A DNA stretch of 64,000 nt from Bacteroidales bacterium. GTDB taxonomy: Bacteria > Bacteroidota > Bacteroidia > Bacteroidales > JAIPAP01. How positions within the stretch are numbered: position 1 is the first letter of the stretch; the number at the start of each line of letters is the position of its first letter. The notes beneath the pieces were generated by a model, which made no database searches, was not told the origin of the DNA, and saw nothing but the letters and a program-made list of their open reading frames with translations. A program made the translations under genes and the position numbers. The stretch lies in contig JAIPAP010000003.1 in assembly GCA_021740045.1 (NCBI GenBank), positions 4,061 to 68,060 of the forward strand. The letters are read 5' to 3'. This document shows positions 1 through 8,473 of this stretch, piece after piece.

Positions 1-1
1 G

Positions 2-310
2 AAAACCCGCAATTCTTCGGGATATAAAACCATCATGAAAGATATTCATGATAAAAAAGCCCGGTTTGACCCCACAATAGATGTTAGGGGAAAACGCGGT
101 GAAGAAGCCGTTGCACAAGTGAATAGCTTTATTGATGAAGCTTTGTTACTCGGAGTTAAAGAGGTAAAGATTATTCACGGTAAGGGGAACGGTATTCTTC
201 GGAGTTTGATCAGAGACGAACTGTCGGCCAACCAGGATGTGCAACGCTTTTATGACGAACATGTGGAACGGGGCGGACAGGGCATAACCATTGCCTGCCT
301 CAACGCTTGA
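2..310 (+). CDS. mutS2: Endonuclease MutS2, C-terminal Smr domain (5' end lies outside the window)
   Basis: The reading frame is open from the window edge. The tail DVRGKRGEEA...VKIIHGKGNGILR fits the Smr (small MutS-related) domain. Confidence 0.75.
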   Translation, partial: KTRNSSGYKTIMKDIHDKKARFDPTIDVRGKRGEEAVAQVNSFIDEALLLGVKEVKIIHGKGNGILRSLIRDELSANQDVQRFYDEHVERGGQGITIACLNA

Positions 311-419
311 GACGGGCAAACATAACTGTTGGTAAATTGTTAATGAAGCAATAGGCACAAATCTCAAGATGAGTCGATAGATGAAATTAGTTAAAACTTA
401 AAACTTTATACGAAAGAAA

Positions 420-890
420 ATGGCAAAAAACAAAGGTTCACAAATATTTACAATCGCAGCGATCATTTTAATCGGGGCAGGTATTGCCTGGATAGTCAGG
501 CAGCAACTCATTGATGATGAACCGAATCCGGAACCTGGCGGGAAGAATTTAGTTACCCTCACTGATCAAAATGTAGAAAAAGTAACCGGCAATGGTGTTG
601 TCCTCATTGATTTCTGGGCCGAGTGGTGCCAACCATGCCGTATCCAGGGGCCCATTGTTGAAGAAGTTGCAAATGAGATGAGTGGACGTGACCAAGTTAC
701 CATCGCCAAACTCGACATCGATAGCTACCGCAGTATAGCGGCAAAATACAAAATTCAGGTCATTCCCACCATTGTTATTCTCAAAGATGGGAAAGAAGTC
801 GAGAAACTTAGGGGGGTGCAGAAGAAGGAAAAACTGATTGAAACACTAAATAAATACGCTGATACCAAAAATGCACAAAGCGGAAAATAG
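420..890 (+). CDS. Membrane-anchored thioredoxin
   Basis: Has a WCQPCR (WCxPC) redox motif in a thioredoxin-length domain, preceded by one hydrophobic helix IFTIAAIILIGAGIAWIV. Confidence 0.85.
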   Translation: MAKNKGSQIFTIAAIILIGAGIAWIVRQQLIDDEPNPEPGGKNLVTLTDQNVEKVTGNGVVLIDFWAEWCQPCRIQGPIVEEVANEMSGRDQVTIAKLDIDSYRSIAAKYKIQVIPTIVILKDGKEVEKLRGVQKKEKLIETLNKYADTKNAQSGK

Positions 891-894
891 CAGC

Positions 895-1140
895 ATGAAG
901 AAACAATTGGCAAAACTTACAAGCAAACGCTACATTGCCCTTATAACAGCGATTATAGCAGGAGCCATAGGCGGTTATATTTATTACCTCGAAGTAGGTT
1001 GCGTAAGCGGTACCTGTGCCATCACGTCAAACCCTTATCTGAGTACTTTCTGGGGCGGCCTGTTGGGCTGGGTTTTAGGTGATACTATTTTAGGTAAGAA
1101 GAAAGTGGAAAAAGCCCCACAATCACCTGAACAAGAATAG
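895..1140 (+). CDS. Small two-helix membrane protein of unknown function (DUF6132-like)
   Basis: ORF track 871..1140. The internal ATG at 895 avoids overlap with the thioredoxin gene. Two hydrophobic segments flank GCVSGTCA. Confidence 0.45.
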   Translation: MKKQLAKLTSKRYIALITAIIAGAIGGYIYYLEVGCVSGTCAITSNPYLSTFWGGLLGWVLGDTILGKKKVEKAPQSPEQE

Positions 1141-1176
1141 CTTTTCCTTGCTTCAATCTTACCCTCCGGAAACTGA

Positions 1177-1536
1177 TCAGGATTCCTCTAACAACTCATC
1201 CTGCAGCTTCCGCGGGAGCCCACTAACCACCAGCTCATAAGAGTCATCAGTCCATTGATATATTATATCATCGGCAACATCATCATTTGGCATTACTGTA
1301 TTCCAGTGCTTTTTGTTCATATGATAGCCGGGGGATACCGCATTGTAATGTTCTCGAAGTTCAATGGCTTTTTGAGGATCGCATTTTAAATTTACACGAA
1401 AATCGTCATCGGTATCGGTTAATGCGAACATCTTGCCCTTCACCTTAAATACCAGGGTGCTTTCATCAAACGGGAACTCTTCGGTTACACCCTTCTTTGC
1501 GAGGCAATAATCGCGAAACTCTTCAATATTCATCAT
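1177..1536 (-). CDS. MmcQ/YjbR family DNA-binding protein
   Basis: 119 aa. Family-typical N-terminus FRDYCLAKKGVTEEFPFDE and the motif PGYHMNKKHWNTV. Confidence 0.8.
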   Translation of the reverse strand: MMNIEEFRDYCLAKKGVTEEFPFDESTLVFKVKGKMFALTDTDDDFRVNLKCDPQKAIELREHYNAVSPGYHMNKKHWNTVMPNDDVADDIIYQWTDDSYELVVSGLPRKLQDELLEES

Positions 1537-1804
1537 TCATCGGTTTTGTTTTTACCCCGTAAAAATAAAACACCCGTAGGGAATCAAACAAAATTGCAGT
1601 AAAATAAATTCATAGTAATAGAGTTAATTGTGTTTAGCTTATGAGTAGAATTTATAAAGCATTTGGCAAGTAGTAAGGTTTCATAAGGCTGTTTAAAATT
1701 ATTAAGCTGGGCATATATATTTAAATTATATTATTTTTGTATTATTGCGCCGGGGATTCAGACAAGGATAAGTTGAAAGGGTTTTCTCATTAAAAGGAGC
1801 AGAT

Positions 1805-3352
1805 ATGTCAATGAAAAACAAGACTTCCGACCTGAGGCAAAGGATGAGTGAAGCATTGAAGGGAGGAGGAGATAAGGCCATACTCAAGCAAAAAGCGACC
1901 GGAAAAATGACGGCTCGTGAGCGCATCTTGGCATTGCTTGATCCCAAGTCATTTCATGAATACGACCTGTTTGTTAAACATGCCGGACGCGATTTCGACA
2001 TGGATAAAAAATATTTGCCCGGCGATGGGGTGATCACAGGAACCGGAACCATTAACGGTCATCCGGTGTGTATTTATGCCCAGGATTTTACTGTTGCAGG
2101 AGGCTCTCTTGGTTACATGCATGCCAAAAAGATCACCAAGATCATGGATCACGCCATGAAGCTTAAGATCCCGATCATCGGAATTAACGATTCCGGTGGC
2201 GCCCGCATACAGGAGGGTGTAAATTCATTGGCCGGATACGGTGAGATTTTCTTCCGCAACACACAGGCATCTGGCGTTATCCCTCAAATTTCCGTAATTC
2301 TTGGGCCATGTGCAGGAGGGGCCGTTTATTCCCCTGCCCTCACCGATTTTGTATTTGTGGTTGATAAAATATCCAAGATGTTTATTACCGGCCCCCAAGT
2401 GATTAAGACGGTACTGGGTGAAGAAATTTCAATGGAAGAGCTTGGTGGCGCCCGCACACATGCTGAAATCACCGGCAATGCCCATTTCTTCGCGCAAAGT
2501 GAAGAAGAGTGTTTTTCGCAAATCAAATCCCTGTTCACCTATATTCCCTGGAACAACAAAAAAACCGCCGAATCATTTCCCAAAAAGCCACCCAAAACCC
2601 GTCAATACAAGCTCGATAATATATTCCCGACCGATCCGCGCATGCCTTATGATGTAAAAGACGTTATCAGGGCATTATCGGACGATTCCGAATTTTTAGA
2701 GGTTCAGGAATACTTTGCACCCAATATTGTGGTTGGATTCTCACGGCTGAACGGAAATACCGTAGGGTATGTGGCTAATCAACCCTTGGTGCTGGCCGGT
2801 GTGCTCGATGTGGATTCATCGGACAAGGCCGCCCGGTTTATCCGCTTTTGTAATGCCTTTAATATCCCGCTTATAACCCTGGTGGACCTTCCGGGATACC
2901 TCCCCGGTATCGACCAGGAACATGCCGGTGTGATCCGCCACGGCGCAAAAGTATTGTACGCCTATTCCGAAGCAACCGTGCCAAAGATCACGGTGATCAC
3001 ACGTAAGGCATACGGCGGTGGTTATATCGCTATGTGCTCACATCACCTCAGAGCCGATTTTGTTTTCGCCTGGCCTACTGCCGAAATCGCTGTAATGGGC
3101 CCCGAGGGAGCTGCCAATATCATTTTTAAAAATGATATTAAAAATGCTGATAATCCCGAAAAGGTAAGGCAGGAAAAAATTGAAGAGTATAAGCAAAAGT
3201 TTGCCAACCCATATGTAGCTGCTGCCTATGGCTATGTAGATGCAGTAATTGAACCTGAAGAAACCCGCAATATGCTTATCCATAGCCTGGATATTTCGGC
3301 CAGCAAATCGGTAGAGCGCCCGGATAAAAAACATGGTATTCCTCCATTCTAA
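1805..3352 (+). CDS. Acyl-CoA carboxylase carboxyltransferase subunit (propionyl-CoA carboxylase beta / methylmalonyl-CoA decarboxylase alpha family)
   Basis: 515 aa with full-length similarity to the carboxyltransferase family (GGSLGYMHAKKI, DSGGARIQEG, PGYLPGIDQEHAGVIRHGAK). A TATTTTTG (TAnnTTTG-type) box lies at 1732-1739. Confidence 0.9.
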   Translation: MSMKNKTSDLRQRMSEALKGGGDKAILKQKATGKMTARERILALLDPKSFHEYDLFVKHAGRDFDMDKKYLPGDGVITGTGTINGHPVCIYAQDFTVAGGSLGYMHAKKITKIMDHAMKLKIPIIGINDSGGARIQEGVNSLAGYGEIFFRNTQASGVIPQISVILGPCAGGAVYSPALTDFVFVVDKISKMFITGPQVIKTVLGEEISMEELGGARTHAEITGNAHFFAQSEEECFSQIKSLFTYIPWNNKKTAESFPKKPPKTRQYKLDNIFPTDPRMPYDVKDVIRALSDDSEFLEVQEYFAPNIVVGFSRLNGNTVGYVANQPLVLAGVLDVDSSDKAARFIRFCNAFNIPLITLVDLPGYLPGIDQEHAGVIRHGAKVLYAYSEATVPKITVITRKAYGGGYIAMCSHHLRADFVFAWPTAEIAVMGPEGAANIIFKNDIKNADNPEKVRQEKIEEYKQKFANPYVAAAYGYVDAVIEPEETRNMLIHSLDISASKSVERPDKKHGIPPF

Positions 3353-3364
3353 AAAACGGAATTT

Positions 3365-3691
3365 ATGAGTTCAGAAATTAACAAGCACGAATATAAGACG
3401 GTTACCGTCGATGATACGGCATATAAGACTTCTTTTCATCGCAAATATAAGGAGCGTAAACCCTATGAGCCTGTTGACCATAAAAAAGTAAAAGCGGTAA
3501 TTCCCGGAACTATTGTTAAGGTATTTGTGAAGCCCGGAGCCAAGGTTTCGGAGGGCGATCCCTTATTGACGCTAAGCGCCATGAAAATGGAAAATGAAGT
3601 ACATGCCCCCATCGACGGAGAAATTAAAAAAGTGTACGTTAAACCCAAAGATGTGGTATATAAGAAACAAATGATGATTGAATATAAATAG
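3365..3691 (+). CDS. Biotin carboxyl carrier / biotinyl-domain protein
   Basis: 108 aa. Biotinylation motif AMKMENEV inside a biotinyl/lipoyl fold. Lies immediately downstream of the carboxyltransferase. Confidence 0.85.
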   Translation: MSSEINKHEYKTVTVDDTAYKTSFHRKYKERKPYEPVDHKKVKAVIPGTIVKVFVKPGAKVSEGDPLLTLSAMKMENEVHAPIDGEIKKVYVKPKDVVYKKQMMIEYK

Positions 3692-3697
3692 CCGGAC

Positions 3698-4309
3698 TTA
3701 CCGGAAATCTTCCCTGAACATCTGGTTTATATCTTCAATGGTTTTTAGTATCTCATCACGTCCAAGGCCTGTGAAGGCTGAAGTTTGAATCATCCCGGGC
3801 AGTTCTTCCCATTGCTCCGATAACACTGTTTTATAGTGCTCCACATTTTTCTTAAGCTGGGCAGGTTTCAGCTTATCGGTTTTTGTAAACAGCAAAGTAA
3901 AAGGCAGCTGATTATAGCCAAAAAAATCGATCACTTCCAGGTCGGTTTTCTGCGGAGGTATGCGGGCATCAATCAAATAAAAAGTGTTTAACAGGGTAGC
4001 CCGGTTATAAAGAAAGAACTCGATCATCTGCCGCCACTTTTCGCGATCTTTTTTCGAGGTTTTGGCATACCCTACACCCGGAAGATCGACCAAAAACCAA
4101 CTTCCGTTAATTAAAAAATAATTGATGGTTCGTGTCTTACCTGGCTTTCCCGAGGTTTTGGCCAAATCTTTCCGGTTCACCAGCATGTTAATCAATGATG
4201 ATTTGCCCACATTCGAGCGCCCCAAAAAGGCAAATTCCGCTTTAGCAGGCCTGGGACAATCATCGAGCCCAACTGCACTGGTAATGAATTCAGCCGTGTT
4301 GATCTTCAT
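3698..4309 (-). CDS. engB: Ribosome biogenesis GTP-binding protein YihA/EngB
   Basis: P-loop GRSNVGKSSLIN, DLPGVGYA (G3) and TKTDK (G4). The 203 aa length is typical. Confidence 0.9.
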   Translation of the reverse strand: MKINTAEFITSAVGLDDCPRPAKAEFAFLGRSNVGKSSLINMLVNRKDLAKTSGKPGKTRTINYFLINGSWFLVDLPGVGYAKTSKKDREKWRQMIEFFLYNRATLLNTFYLIDARIPPQKTDLEVIDFFGYNQLPFTLLFTKTDKLKPAQLKKNVEHYKTVLSEQWEELPGMIQTSAFTGLGRDEILKTIEDINQMFREDFR

Positions 4310-4311
4310 AC

Positions 4312-5250
4312 TTATGTATTTTTCCTGCCTTTATACGTGGAAAGATGACGGTCTTTCTTAATATCGTAAATATCACCAATGGTAACAATAATCCCGGTTT
4401 CCTCAACATTGCCAAAAGCCGCATTAATTGCCGTACCAAAAGAACGCATGGTCGAGGAGAGGTTCATATAAGCGTTCACGAGTGGTGGGATGCCTTCACC
4501 CATACTCCGTACGTTTTTGATCAGGATTTTATAATCTTCTTCATACGAACCGCCAATAAAGATATTTTTCAGGAAATTACGATCGGTTTTGACCTCCACA
4601 GGATCATAAGGCTCTACCAATCTTTCCTCATCCGGGAAATACTTTTCGAAGAAATAAAGGATCATATCCCTTGCCAGCAGGTTGTAATGAGGATACATGG
4701 TAATTTTACCAAAGAAATACTTAATTTCAGGATTATCCACCATAATTGCTCCAAGGCCGTCCCATATGTTATCGAGCGCATACATGCCCTTTCGTATATT
4801 ATAGGCTGGCTGATAAAGCGGCTGAACAAAGGAACGCCCAAGCTCAATGGTATAAGGCAGGTACTCATTGATGAATTTTTCTGAAAAATGGAAAAGCTTG
4901 GCGGTAGGGCTCAACACCTTACCATGCTCATCTTGGCCCAGTTTATTGCAATCTAAAAACCGGTATCCCCCTATAATTTCCTTCTCCCGCGGATCCCATA
5001 CGATCAATTGCTCAAAAGGGACATCCTTGGTATCGTAATTATCCAGATCACAGTCCTTACCGGTACCTCCACCGGCATCGCGAAATGTGAGCTCACGTAA
5101 ACGGCCAACTTCGCGGGTAATGTTGGGTGAATTATGATAATTAACTATATATATTTCATTATGGCCGTTATTGGTTTCCCTGATGAACTGTTCCTCTGTC
5201 AGTTCCTGTTCAATAACTGCTCTTTCAACCGGTGGAATGATCTCTTTCAT
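4312..5250 (-). CDS. GNAT-fold, hemolysin-like N-acyltransferase; GlsB/OlsB-like aminolipid N-acyltransferase
   Basis: 312 aa. Its family and its pairing with a PlsC-type O-acyltransferase gene on the same strand resemble the Bacteroidota glycine-lipid (glsB/glsA) locus. The function is inferred. Confidence 0.65.
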   Translation of the reverse strand: MKEIIPPVERAVIEQELTEEQFIRETNNGHNEIYIVNYHNSPNITREVGRLRELTFRDAGGGTGKDCDLDNYDTKDVPFEQLIVWDPREKEIIGGYRFLDCNKLGQDEHGKVLSPTAKLFHFSEKFINEYLPYTIELGRSFVQPLYQPAYNIRKGMYALDNIWDGLGAIMVDNPEIKYFFGKITMYPHYNLLARDMILYFFEKYFPDEERLVEPYDPVEVKTDRNFLKNIFIGGSYEEDYKILIKNVRSMGEGIPPLVNAYMNLSSTMRSFGTAINAAFGNVEETGIIVTIGDIYDIKKDRHLSTYKGRKNT

Positions 5251-5383
5251 AATGCTGCTTTTCGCTTTTGTTGTTAAGAACCTTGCCTGTTTACCAGATT
5301 TATCTTTTCACAATAGTTCTATATTCATAGTCCTTCATTCGTTATTCTAATAATTCTCTCCCCCTTCGTCACCCTCACGCCAT

Positions 5384-5468
5384 TCTCCTCCCGATGGCTA
5401 TCGGGACTTCAATCTCCTCCCGATGGCTATCGGGACTTCAATCTCCTCCCGATGGCGATCGGGACTAC
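5384..5468. repeat. 29-bp tandem repeat x2.9, each unit carrying the hairpin TCCCGAT-GGCT-ATCGGGA
   Basis: Units start at 5384, 5413 and 5442 (TCTCCTCCCGATGGCTATCGGGACTTCAA). Confidence 0.9.
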
Positions 5469-5559
5469 ATTCTCAATTCTCAATTCTCAATTCTCCATTC
5501 TCCATTCTCCATTCTCCAATCTCCAATCTCCATTCTCCAATCGCTGATCTCCATTCACT
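5469..5559. repeat. Heptanucleotide tandem repeat (ATTCTCA / ATTCTCC / AATCTCC), about 13 units
   Basis: Read directly: ATTCTCA x3, ATTCTCC x4, AATCTCC x2, then degenerate units. Track ORFs 5394..5654 and 5423..5794 are translations of this repeat. Confidence 0.9.
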
Positions 5560-6439
5560 GCCTCTTGAGCAACGGCTCCAGCGGCGATTCCCCAGCCTCT
5601 CCCATTGCATACACATGTTTTTTCATCATTCGGGCCCATTCACGGTCAGTATGACGTTTATCAAAAGTAGTGTAAGGTATTGGTTTTCCAAATATAATAC
5701 GGATAACCTTATCTTTTTGTTTAAACATTTCATCCACCAAATAAAGCATTTCAATGTTGGCTTTTATACCCAGTTTACTTCGCAAGCGAGCTAAATTGTA
5801 AAAGAAGTTGGAATTCCTGCCGTAAATGTATGTGGGTAAAACATCCCGCTTATGGCGCCTGGCCTTTGTTATAAAGCTCTTCTTCCATTCCAGGTCGATG
5901 ATTTGCCCTCTTTGTTTGCGCGAACATAGCCCGGCAGGAAAATAAAGCACTGTTTTATCAGATGAAAAAGTCTCTTCGAACACCCTGATATTGGCGGCAT
6001 TGGAACCGTGTTTATTAATGGGGATGAATAAATCACGAAGGTTGGGAAGGTTCATTAAAAGATCGTTTACCGGGAAAACAATATCATCACGGACCTCCCC
6101 TACCACCTTCATTAATGCCATTCCGTCGAGACCTCCAAGGGGATGGTTTGATGCTATGATCAATCTACCCTCTTTTGGAATATTTTCTTTTCCTTCCACT
6201 TGCAACTCGGCCTGGAAATGATCCAGTATCGCCTCGATAAAATCAAGGCCATATTTATCGCGATTTTCATACAGGGCTTTATTGATCTCTTCCTGGTGAA
6301 TTACCCGTTTAAGATAGTTAATCACAAACTTGGGTAAGGCCTTAGCCAGCTTTTCGCTCTTACTGGCAACAACCTTTTCCAAATCGATAAACTTCTTTCC
6401 TATTTCTTGCTGTGTATTATCTTCAACCTGTTGTTCCAT
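5555..6439 (-). CDS. Lysophospholipid / PlsC-family acyltransferase (GlsA/OlsA-like O-acyltransferase)
   Basis: 294 aa. Has the acyltransferase motif NHPLGGLD and FPAGLCSR. The C-terminal few codons run into the heptamer tract. Confidence 0.8.
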   Translation of the reverse strand: MEQQVEDNTQQEIGKKFIDLEKVVASKSEKLAKALPKFVINYLKRVIHQEEINKALYENRDKYGLDFIEAILDHFQAELQVEGKENIPKEGRLIIASNHPLGGLDGMALMKVVGEVRDDIVFPVNDLLMNLPNLRDLFIPINKHGSNAANIRVFEETFSSDKTVLYFPAGLCSRKQRGQIIDLEWKKSFITKARRHKRDVLPTYIYGRNSNFFYNLARLRSKLGIKANIEMLYLVDEMFKQKDKVIRIIFGKPIPYTTFDKRHTDREWARMMKKHVYAMGEAGESPLEPLLKRQ

Positions 6440-6648
6440 GATCTAATCCTGCTCAAACCAGCCTCAAATCTTACAAAATTAAGCATATTTTAAGAATGGG
6501 AAGCTTAATCTATTTTTTCCACTTTCAACCACCGTCCAATATTGGGACACCCTCGCCCTACCACTTTTACCCACCCCTTTGTAATTGCGGTTATTACAAC
6601 TATTTGCTTTAATCAGCCCAAAACCGACCACAAAAAGTTTTCAACAAA

Positions 6649-6686
6649 GGTGGTATAAAGTGGTAGATTGTGCAACAAAGTGGTAC
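6649..6686 (+). promoter_or_regulatory. Candidate MraZ operator: direct GTGGTA boxes in 10-bp phase
   Basis: The sequence AAGGTGGTAT AAAGTGGTAG ATTGTGCAAC AAAGTGGTAC places GTGGTA at 6650, 6660 and 6680, with a degenerate GTGCAA at 6670. It lies 40-75 nt upstream of the mraZ ATG. An inverted AAAGTGGTA lies at 6559-6567. Confidence 0.55.
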
Positions 6687-6723
6687 AAAATGTATTATAT
6701 TAGCACATCGAATCGCGATTAAT

Positions 6724-7194
6724 ATGATACAAGGCTCCACAGAATACCACTGCAAACTGGACGAAAAAGGTCGTTTGCCGATACCCTCAAAGTTAAGGAA
6801 AAATCTGGGGGAATCGTTCGAACAGGGCTTTTTTGTTAAGCGAAGTATATTCTTCTCCGCACTGGAGCTGTTTCCAAACGATGAATGGGAAAAAGAAAAA
6901 CAACGCCTGTCAGGACTGAGCCTCCTGAAAGAAGCTAACGTGCGTTTCCTGATGGCCTATACATCCGGCGAAGACCTGCAAATAGATGGCGCAGGACGGA
7001 TAAAAATACCCAAGGTGCTGATGGATTTTGCAGGTATGACCAATAAACAGGAAGTGGTCATTCAGGTGGTGGTTAATCGCATGTATGTGTGGGATAAAGC
7101 CAAATGGGAAGAAGAACAAAACAAATCCATTGATGAGTTGCCCAACCTGGCCAATCAGGTAGATGAAGAACTAAAAAACACGAATAAAGGATGA
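6724..7194 (+). CDS. mraZ: Transcriptional regulator MraZ
   Basis: Two SpoVT/AbrB-like halves (GRLPIPSKLR and GRIKIPKVL). First gene of the dcw cluster. Start taken at ATG 6724 rather than the track's GTG 6670. Confidence 0.9.
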   Translation: MIQGSTEYHCKLDEKGRLPIPSKLRKNLGESFEQGFFVKRSIFFSALELFPNDEWEKEKQRLSGLSLLKEANVRFLMAYTSGEDLQIDGAGRIKIPKVLMDFAGMTNKQEVVIQVVVNRMYVWDKAKWEEEQNKSIDELPNLANQVDEELKNTNKG

Positions 7195-8099
7195 TGTACC
7201 ACAAACCCGTATTGCTCAAAGAAAGTATTGATGGCCTCAACATAAAGCCCGATGGTATTTATGTTGACGCTACATTCGGGGGTGGTGGTCATGCGCAGGA
7301 GATATTAAACCGGCTGGATACCGGGCGCTTGATCGCTTTTGATCAGGATGAAGATGCCCTGGAAAATGACATTGATGATGAACGGTTTATGCTGTTGAAC
7401 CAGAATTTTATGTACATCAAGAATTTCCTCAAGCTGTATAAAGCCATTCCCGTTGATGGTATCCTTGCGGACCTGGGCATTTCATCCCATCAGATCGATA
7501 CGGCCGAAAGAGGCTTCTCCACCCGGCTTGAGGGAGAACTGGACCTGCGCATGAACCGGAAAAACCAACTGACGGCTCAGAAGATCATCAACGATTTTTC
7601 GGAAAACCAATTGGCTACAATATTTAAAAAATATGGTGAGGTGCGAAATCCTTATCCTATGATCAATGCAATCGTCAGACAGCGAAAAGAAAGACCGATA
7701 ACCTCCACTACTGACTTAAAGGAGGTTATCGAGCCTTTCGCCAAAAAAGGTAAGGAGCATCAGTTTTTTGCCAGGATATTCCAGGCATTGCGCATAGAGG
7801 TGAACCAGGAGATGTATGCCTTGGAAAAATTCCTAAAAAGTACCTATGAAGTGTTAAAAGATGGCAGTCGATTGGTGGTGATATCTTATCACTCCCTTGA
7901 AGACCGGCTGGTGAAAAATTATATTAAAGCGGGGAACTTCGAAGGAAAAATTAAAAAAGATTTTTACGGAAATCCGGAGGTGATATTCAAATCGATCACC
8001 CGGAAACCGGTAACGCCTTCGGAGGAAGAGCTGGAGCGCAATCCACGCTCACGTAGTGCAAAATTGCGAATTGCAGAAAAACTAAGTAACAATGAGTAA
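7191..8099 (+). CDS. rsmH: 16S rRNA (cytosine1402-N4)-methyltransferase RsmH
   Basis: HKPVLLKE, DATFGGGGH, SYHSLEDR and NPRSRSAKLR motifs. ATGA overlap with mraZ. Confidence 0.95.
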   Translation: MMYHKPVLLKESIDGLNIKPDGIYVDATFGGGGHAQEILNRLDTGRLIAFDQDEDALENDIDDERFMLLNQNFMYIKNFLKLYKAIPVDGILADLGISSHQIDTAERGFSTRLEGELDLRMNRKNQLTAQKIINDFSENQLATIFKKYGEVRNPYPMINAIVRQRKERPITSTTDLKEVIEPFAKKGKEHQFFARIFQALRIEVNQEMYALEKFLKSTYEVLKDGSRLVVISYHSLEDRLVKNYIKAGNFEGKIKKDFYGNPEVIFKSITRKPVTPSEEELERNPRSRSAKLRIAEKLSNNE

Positions 8100-8469
8100 A
8101 GGAAATACCATCAAGAAACAGAAGAAAGCCGGGCAAACCAAAACCAGGACCAGCAAAGTCGGGGCTTCCGTTACAGGTGTGTTCAAAGGGCATTTTCTTA
8201 CCAGCAAAGAAATGCGGAAACTACTGCCTTTTTTCCTTTACCTTACTGTGTTAGCCATTATATACATCACCAATAATTACAAAGCCGAACAAAAGATTAT
8301 TGAAATTTCCGAAACCAAGGAGGAACTCAAAAAACTGCGTTATGAATACATCACTACTAAATCGCAACTCATGTATCATACACAACCGTCACAGGTTTCG
8401 CAAAAGCTCGATCAAATGGGTGTTAAGGAATCGACTGTTCCACCTTATAAAATCTATATAAAGGACTGA
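8092..8469 (+). CDS. FtsL-like cell division protein
   Basis: 125 aa with a single TM helix followed by a coiled coil. The assignment rests on its position between rsmH and the PBP gene. Confidence 0.55.
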   Translation: MSKGNTIKKQKKAGQTKTRTSKVGASVTGVFKGHFLTSKEMRKLLPFFLYLTVLAIIYITNNYKAEQKIIEISETKEELKKLRYEYITTKSQLMYHTQPSQVSQKLDQMGVKESTVPPYKIYIKD

Positions 8470-8473
8470 AGTT

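Noticed and set aside
5394-5794. ORFs 5394..5654 and 5423..5794 (FSILHSPFSIL… peptides)
   Set aside because: These are translations of the 29-bp and heptamer repeats. They run antisense into the 3' end of the well-supported acyltransferase gene.
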